A stretch of 63,089 nt of DNA, counting the filler, from Candidatus Woesearchaeota archaeon (GTDB lineage: Archaea > Nanobdellota > Nanobdellia > Woesearchaeales > J072): the NCBI GenBank assembly GCA_003695265.1. It is 7 parts of 7 records of this genome, joined end to end, with 100 filler letters (N's around TTAATTAATTAA, not from the genome) between each part and the next. Parts side by side here need not be neighbours in the genome. Positions count along the whole stretch, not along the records: positions 48,896 to 58,485 come from RFII01000002.1; positions 58,586 to 63,089 come from RFII01000070.1; 5 more parts are not named here. One strand, 5' to 3'. Below, piece after piece: positions 57,510 through 63,089 of this stretch. Positions within the stretch are counted from its first letter, which is position 1. Each line of letters begins with the position of its first letter. Below the pieces are notes generated by a model that saw only the letters and a program-made list of their open reading frames with translations, was not told the origin of the DNA and did not search any database. The translations under genes were made by a program, and so were the position numbers.

Positions 57510-58463
57510 ATGGCAAACGAAATTTGGGTGGAGAAGTACAGGCCCAAAACCTTCTCCGAAATAAAAGGGCAAAAAACCATAGTGGAAAAAGTGAAAGCCT
57601 TTGTGAAACAGCAGAACATACCACACCTTTTGTTTGCAGGGCCAGCTGGCACAGGAAAAACAACGCTTGCTCTCGTAATTGCTAGGCAGCTCTTCAAAGA
57701 TAACTGGCACGACAATTTTCTAGAGTTGAACGCTTCTGACGAGCGCGGAATAGATATTATAAGAAGCAAGGTAAAGGACTTCGCTAGGACGAGGGCAATA
57801 GGGAATGTTCCCTTCAAAATAATTTATCTTGACGAATGCGACGCCCTTACAAAAGAAGCGCAGCAAGCGTTAAGAAGAACTATGGAAAATTATACACAAA
57901 CATGCCGCTTTATCCTGAGCTGCAATTACAGCAGTAAGATAATTGATCCCATTCAGAGCAGGTGCACTTTGTTCAGGTTTAAGCCACTGCCAAAACAGGC
58001 TGTTATAGGCATTATTGACACGATAGCAAAAGAAGAGAAATTCAGCATTACAGAAAGCGCCAAAGACGCTATTTATGAAATATCACATGGGGATTGCAGG
58101 CGTACAGAGAACATTCTTCAAAGTTGCGCTGCAATAACCTCAAAAATTGATGAAAACACTGTTTTCTCGCTTGCTTCCTTCGCGAAGCCGAAAGAAGTCA
58201 AAGAAGTGCTTGACTTAGCAATAAAAGGAAAATTTATTGAGGCAAGAAATAAGCTTCTTAGCACAATGCTCGAATTTGGTCTTTCAGGTATTGACATTAT
58301 CAAGCAGATTCAAAAAGAGGTATTAAACCTTGATATTGATAACAGGGCAAAAATGAAGGTTGTTGAGGCTTGTGGGGAGACAGAATTCAGAATGAATGAG
58401 GGAAGCGATGAATTCCTGCAGTTGGAATCCTTGCTGGCAAAATTAGCATTACTTGCTGACTGA
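57510..58463 (+). CDS. rfcS: Replication factor C small subunit
   Basis: WVEKYRP, GPAGTGKT, ELNASDERG, LDECD, QSRC. Confidence 0.97.
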   Translation: MANEIWVEKYRPKTFSEIKGQKTIVEKVKAFVKQQNIPHLLFAGPAGTGKTTLALVIARQLFKDNWHDNFLELNASDERGIDIIRSKVKDFARTRAIGNVPFKIIYLDECDALTKEAQQALRRTMENYTQTCRFILSCNYSSKIIDPIQSRCTLFRFKPLPKQAVIGIIDTIAKEEKFSITESAKDAIYEISHGDCRRTENILQSCAAITSKIDENTVFSLASFAKPKEVKEVLDLAIKGKFIEARNKLLSTMLEFGLSGIDIIKQIQKEVLNLDIDNRAKMKVVEACGETEFRMNEGSDEFLQLESLLAKLALLAD

Positions 58464-58585
58464 AAAATGAAAGAAAAAGAGGACANNNNNNNNNNNNNNN
58501 NNNNNNNNNNNNNNNNNNNNNNNNNNNNNTTAATTAATTAANNNNNNNNNNNNNNNNNNNNNNNNNNNNNNNNNNNNNNNNNNNN

Positions 58586-59411
58586 TCTTGTTTTCAGAAA
58601 CAGCAGATGATACGTTTGCTTTGTTAACCTCAAGTTTCCTTCTGAGCTTGTGCATTTTTTCAAGCTTTTTCTCGCTTTCCTTAAGCAATGATTCTTTCCT
58701 GCTGATTTCCTCTTTTACTTTTTTTATTTTTGGAAGTATCTCACCAATTTTTGTTTTTGTTTCTTCAAGGTCGTGCTCCAGCTCTTTCCTTTGATTCTGT
58801 TTTTCTTGCAAGCCCTCTGTTTTCATGCTTTGCATCTTAATCTGCGATTTTAATTCCTTGACATAAATTTGAGTGCTTTCCCTAATCCGCTTGTATTTGT
58901 CAATCCCAAAAACTCTTCTAAGTGTGTCAAGCCTTTCCTCTGCGTCTTCTGTTAGGATTTGTTTCATCTGCTCCTGTGGAGTGTAAACAGTGTACCTGTA
59001 AACCAAGTCTCGGCTCTTTGTGACAAGCTCTTTTGGATAGCCGAGCAGGTCAAGGATTTTTGCCTTTATCTCAACATGAGTGCCTTCTGTTTTCTTTCCG
59101 TTAATTATAATATAACCTGAATCCTGTGTTATGCCGCTCTTCTGTCTTTTTAGGGTTCTTTTCACAACCACTTCCTTGCCATCGATTTGAAAGGTAACTT
59201 CTACAAAGCCCTGGTTTTTCCCATGCCTTAGAAGAGTAGATCCTGCCAATTCCTTTCTTTTTAAACCAAACAATGCGAACTCTAATGATAACAAGATTGA
59301 GCTTTTTCCAGAACCAATATCACCGCTTAGTAGAACAGAGCCCTCTGGAAAATTGATTTCCTGAGTGGTATAACTTCTAATATTGTTTAACTTGATTTTT
59401 TTGATTATCAC
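58586..59411 (-). CDS. rad50: Rad50/SMC-family ATPase, N-terminal fragment (contig edge)
   Basis: NIRSY, GDIGSGKSS, Q-loop YTPQ, coiled coil. Confidence 0.85.
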
Positions 59412-59468
59412 TCCAAATCCCTGAATCTTAAGAAAGAAAGCTTATATTTATAATTTAGTAAATGAGAG

Positions 59469-59942
59469 TCACCCAAAAAAAACATTGATAAGTATCCCAA
59501 TATAATGTATAATAGCCACTACAAGCGTGGCAAGCAACAAATGCTCTGAGATCACCCTTAAAGGGTTTTCTTTTCTTTCTTTTGCAATAAAATAATTCAG
59601 GAGTGCCAAGGCAAGCAAGCCCCAAATTACGCTTATTATTATTGCTTTGCCAAGCTCAAAAAACATGATTGGTATAATAAACGTTGATGCAAAGATTAGC
59701 TTTGACAGAAAAGTTGAGATTGTGGAAACCCACACATTCTTTGTAGATTTTCTCTCAGATTCCTCTGACATGTGAATTCCTAGAGAATCTGAGAACGCGT
59801 CAGCTATTGCGATTGACAGCACTCCTCCCATAACAACAAGTCTAGAGCCAGTGAACGAACTTAACCCAACTATCATTCCCAGTGTAGTTATTATTCCTGA
59901 GGTTAATCCAAAACAAATACCTTTTACTGCTGATTGTCTCAT
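59469..59942 (-). CDS. VIT1/CCC1-like membrane protein
   Basis: FGLTSGIITTLG, IADAFSDSLGIHMSEESE. Confidence 0.75.
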   Translation of the reverse strand: MRQSAVKGICFGLTSGIITTLGMIVGLSSFTGSRLVVMGGVLSIAIADAFSDSLGIHMSEESERKSTKNVWVSTISTFLSKLIFASTFIIPIMFFELGKAIIISVIWGLLALALLNYFIAKERKENPLRVISEHLLLATLVVAIIHYIGILINVFFG

Positions 59943-59948
59943 TTTATG

Positions 59949-61115
59949 TTAACTCATTATTTGCTTGTTGTCTCTTACCACATGCCTCAGTATTAGGGGG
60001 AACATTAATGTGGTTATAACTGCTGTCGCAACAATTGCTGAGTATAGCTCTATTGGCATGAGGTTGTTGATTCTGGCTATTTCCAACAGAACAAGCTCCA
60101 TCGCACCCCTTGAGTTCATAGCCCAGCCAACAAGCCATGTTTGCACTATGGAAAGCTTTACAAAATATTTTGAGATGAAAGCAGCGATTATCTTAGCGAA
60201 AATCCCAACACCCAATATTATAATCAATAATTTGGGGTACATGACGAATGTTTTGAAGTCCAAATGCAGGCCTATGTTGATAAAGAAGAAAGGGATTATA
60301 AAAGCAAATATCATCAGCTTCAGCTCATCCACTATTTTTTCCTCGGCTTTTTTGTTTTTGTTAGCCCATTGTATTATAAGGCCTGCAACAAAAGCTCCGA
60401 GTATTGCTCCAAAGCCGAGAAGCTGCGATATGCCTGCAATAACAAGGCCGATAACAAGGATTGTTGAGAAAGTCGCTATTGGAGAGTGCTCGCGCTGAAT
60501 CTTCCTTATTATTATAGGAACCAGGTGTATTAAAACAAAGGAGATTATGACAAATAATATCAGAAGAACAGGAAACAATGCTAACTTGTAGGTTATTTGG
60601 TGCGCTATTGCGAGCAATGCAGCAAGGAAGATTATCTCAAAAATATCATCGATGATTCCGGCTCCGAGGATTATTGTTCCGAGCCTGCTTTTTAGAACAC
60701 CCATTTCCATCAGGGCGACAAGCGTTGTTCCCTCAGCAGTTATTGAGAGTGAGGCGCCGACAACTAAAGAAGCAATGTTAGAGTAGCCCAAGAGTTTTGT
60801 TAGGAAAAAACCAAATATGAAAGGAACTGCAACGGAAAATACAGCCACAAAAACAGAGTCTCTCCCGACTTTTTTGAACTGGTGCAAATTGCTCTCAAGG
60901 CCCGCTAGTAGCAAAAGAAAAACAATTCCAAGGTCAGAAAGGAATGCTATGTCTTTTACAACATCACCCAAAAACATTGACTTAATGAAGGGAATGCCCA
61001 CAATTATGCCCGCAAGGATCTGCCCAATAACTTTAGGGTATCTAAGCGCATGAAACGCTTCTGAAAGGATTAGTGATAAAGTAAGGCAAACCGCAATTAT
61101 AAATATTGATTCCAT
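59949..61115 (-). CDS. Cation:proton antiporter (CPA2)
   Basis: GLES, IIDDI, GAFVAG, PFFF..IG, RG.MEL. Confidence 0.9.
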   Translation of the reverse strand: MESIFIIAVCLTLSLILSEAFHALRYPKVIGQILAGIIVGIPFIKSMFLGDVVKDIAFLSDLGIVFLLLLAGLESNLHQFKKVGRDSVFVAVFSVAVPFIFGFFLTKLLGYSNIASLVVGASLSITAEGTTLVALMEMGVLKSRLGTIILGAGIIDDIFEIIFLAALLAIAHQITYKLALFPVLLILFVIISFVLIHLVPIIIRKIQREHSPIATFSTILVIGLVIAGISQLLGFGAILGAFVAGLIIQWANKNKKAEEKIVDELKLMIFAFIIPFFFINIGLHLDFKTFVMYPKLLIIILGVGIFAKIIAAFISKYFVKLSIVQTWLVGWAMNSRGAMELVLLEIARINNLMPIELYSAIVATAVITTLMFPLILRHVVRDNKQIMS

Positions 61116-61267
61116 TGGAAAACCCCTTTTTTTACATATCTTGCTTTTTTACATATCTTGTTGAACGTTGTGTTATATTAATTTTTTGATTTAATCGTTT
61201 AAAGCTGTATTTTTGCGAAAAAAAAATTAAGGGCAACTGGTAATTTTTTTATGAAAAAGAATAAGGT

Positions 61268-61846
61268 TTACTTAAACAACTTAAACATTTCATCAACAAT
61301 TATTCTTAATTTGTTATACCCAAGCTCCTTTCCAGCTGCAACCCGCACTATTTTTTGTGGATCTTTTTCATAAGCATTTTTCATTAATTGCATTAATTCA
61401 GGGCTCGAATACAGACGCATTAAAGCTCCTGCGTCTTGAACAGCCCTTACTCGCATAAGAGGCTCAGCAGTTTTAGAAGGGTCTAACAAATCAGCTAATT
61501 CTGAAACCCAATGAGGAATTCTTTCTTCTAAGTCTTTGACTTCAAGAGCTTTAGCTGCCTTATACCTAACAGAATACCATTCAGAGGAATTGTATAATTC
61601 AATCAGTTCATTCCTTGCAGCATTTCTTTTTTTAACGTCAGGCTTTATTTCATCAACAACCCAAACTTTCTGTGGTATGTTATGGCAGTCACAACTACCC
61701 CAACAGCTTCCTGCAGAAGAGCTATCACCTGATACGCATGCATCACAATCAATATATTGCTCTTCATAATGCCCTTCCTCAACATTCGCTTCTAAGCCTT
61801 TTTTTAAAACCCAAATCCTTCTAAGCGCAACTTCCAAAGATTCCAT
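61268..61846 (-). CDS. Hypothetical HEAT-repeat protein with a Cys cluster
   Basis: CDAC...CWGSCDCH; VRYKAAKAL and VRVAAGKELG repeats. Confidence 0.6.
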   Translation of the reverse strand: MESLEVALRRIWVLKKGLEANVEEGHYEEQYIDCDACVSGDSSSAGSCWGSCDCHNIPQKVWVVDEIKPDVKKRNAARNELIELYNSSEWYSVRYKAAKALEVKDLEERIPHWVSELADLLDPSKTAEPLMRVRAVQDAGALMRLYSSPELMQLMKNAYEKDPQKIVRVAAGKELGYNKLRIIVDEMFKLFK

Positions 61847-61949
61847 ATTAGTGACATTAATAAAAGAAAATATAAATCTTTCCCCAGAAATTATTTTTAA
61901 GGTTTAAAGTAGAGTTGGAAGACAGATTAAAAGATAATAAGAAGATTTG

Positions 61950-63026
61950 TTATAGGCAAATTAGCTCGCCGTCCGCAAAAACCTTCGGATTCCTAAAAAC
62001 CTGGTCTAAATGTATTATCGCATATATTGAGCCGCCGAACCAGGCGTTTGAGCCTATTGCGACGTGGGCTGTTCCGAGGGCTTTCTCATTGACGACTGTA
62101 GGCCCGATAATGTCTGCGTTTGGGTTAAAGCCAAGTCCGAATTCTCCTATCCTTCGAATCCCCCAAGGGTGCTTTGCCTTTGTGTAAGCCCATTTCAATG
62201 TGCTTTCAAGCAGGCGCGCTTTTTCCCCTTTAATAGAAACAACCTCTCCTTCTTCTATTTTCATCTTGATAGGTGACTTAAGAAGGGTTGTCCCGCTTTT
62301 GGTTCTCATAGATCCATCAATGACAACTTTGCCGTAAACCTTTTTTCCTCTTGGTGGGATATATGTTTCGCCGCAGGGAATGTTTCCGCCTGTGCCAACC
62401 TTTTGGTAATCTCCATTGTTTGCTTTTGCCTTCATTCCCTTAACATTAAAATAAAGATCTGTGCCTGAAGGTGATGTTATGTGGAGCTCATGCGCATTAG
62501 TAAAAATTTTTTTTAAAGTGTTTCCTGTTTTTCTCATTTCCTTGTAATCAACATCGATGGATTTTACCAGTAACGGAAAGTTTTTTGTTGAGAGCTGTGA
62601 CAGGTCTGATGCTGACAAGAATTTGTGCTTCCTCTTTTTTGTGAATTTCCTGAAGCTTTTTATCTCAACCATAGAGCCAAGCATGTTAGAAGTCAAGGCT
62701 ATTATGATGTTGTTGGGAGGAAGCTCAAGGAGGCTTTCCTCTATGTGCGCAGCTGCTTTTTCACCCTTCTTTTTTGGGTCTTGGATACCCACTTTTAGGT
62801 CAAGGTTCAGGTTTTTTGCCGCCAACGCGTAACAACCCGCAAGGAGTGGTGCCGCTTCTTTGCGTGGGTATCCAAGGTCCCCAATTATGAGAACTTCCTC
62901 ACCTTTTGGCTTTAAGCATTCTTTAAGCACGTTTATGAAGACAGGGTAATGCGTTTTTACAGTTTTAAGTAGGGAGCGCTTTTCTAACAAGCGAAGGTAT
63001 TCTTTTACTGTGAAAGCCTTATCCAT
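61950..63026 (-). CDS. Aminopeptidase (M29-like)
   Basis: GNIPCGE, IGEFGLG.N, NEKALGTAHVAIGSN, IHLD. Confidence 0.85.
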   Translation of the reverse strand: MDKAFTVKEYLRLLEKRSLLKTVKTHYPVFINVLKECLKPKGEEVLIIGDLGYPRKEAAPLLAGCYALAAKNLNLDLKVGIQDPKKKGEKAAAHIEESLLELPPNNIIIALTSNMLGSMVEIKSFRKFTKKRKHKFLSASDLSQLSTKNFPLLVKSIDVDYKEMRKTGNTLKKIFTNAHELHITSPSGTDLYFNVKGMKAKANNGDYQKVGTGGNIPCGETYIPPRGKKVYGKVVIDGSMRTKSGTTLLKSPIKMKIEEGEVVSIKGEKARLLESTLKWAYTKAKHPWGIRRIGEFGLGFNPNADIIGPTVVNEKALGTAHVAIGSNAWFGGSIYAIIHLDQVFRNPKVFADGELICL

Positions 63027-63089
63027 CTTGCCTTAAGCATCAAACAATATTAATATAGTTTTATATGTTTTTTAGGTATTAATATACAA

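Noticed and set aside
1697..62832. Many 60-180 aa antisense or alternate-frame ORFs in the ORF track (e.g. 1697-2182, 38229-38747, 59965-60498)
   Set aside because: They overlap well-supported genes and show no recognisable motifs; treated as shadow ORFs.

Overview
This window is not one continuous locus. It is seven contigs joined by artificial 100-nt N spacers containing TTAATTAATTAA: 1-6623, 6724-10221, 10322-30045, 30146-44212, 44313-48795, 48896-58485 and 58586-63089. Contig 1 is the head module of a BPP-1/T7-like podovirus (terminase, portal, scaffold, capsid, cement, start of tail tube). It has bacterial-style signals and a strongly structured leader before the capsid gene. The other six contigs look like a DPANN archaeon, probably Woesearchaeota-like (inferred from gene content: FEN1, RFC, PAN, EndA, Trm5, NMD3, archaeal TyrRS, BRE/TATA promoters). 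The main signals absent from the ORF track are: (1) a ~100-bp dispersed intergenic element in six copies, always in the same orientation just upstream of a TATA-like box; (2) a tRNA-Ile(GAT) with three introns; (3) a dual-guide C/D box sRNA whose D' guide fits 23S Um2552; (4) tandem NrdR boxes on nrdR itself. Also notable are stand-alone C-terminal halves of Hel308 and Rqc2, a mosaic cluster of Cys-rich secreted paralogs, and a type IV pilus operon with two paralogous giant adhesins. All calls come from reading motifs by eye; no searches were run.
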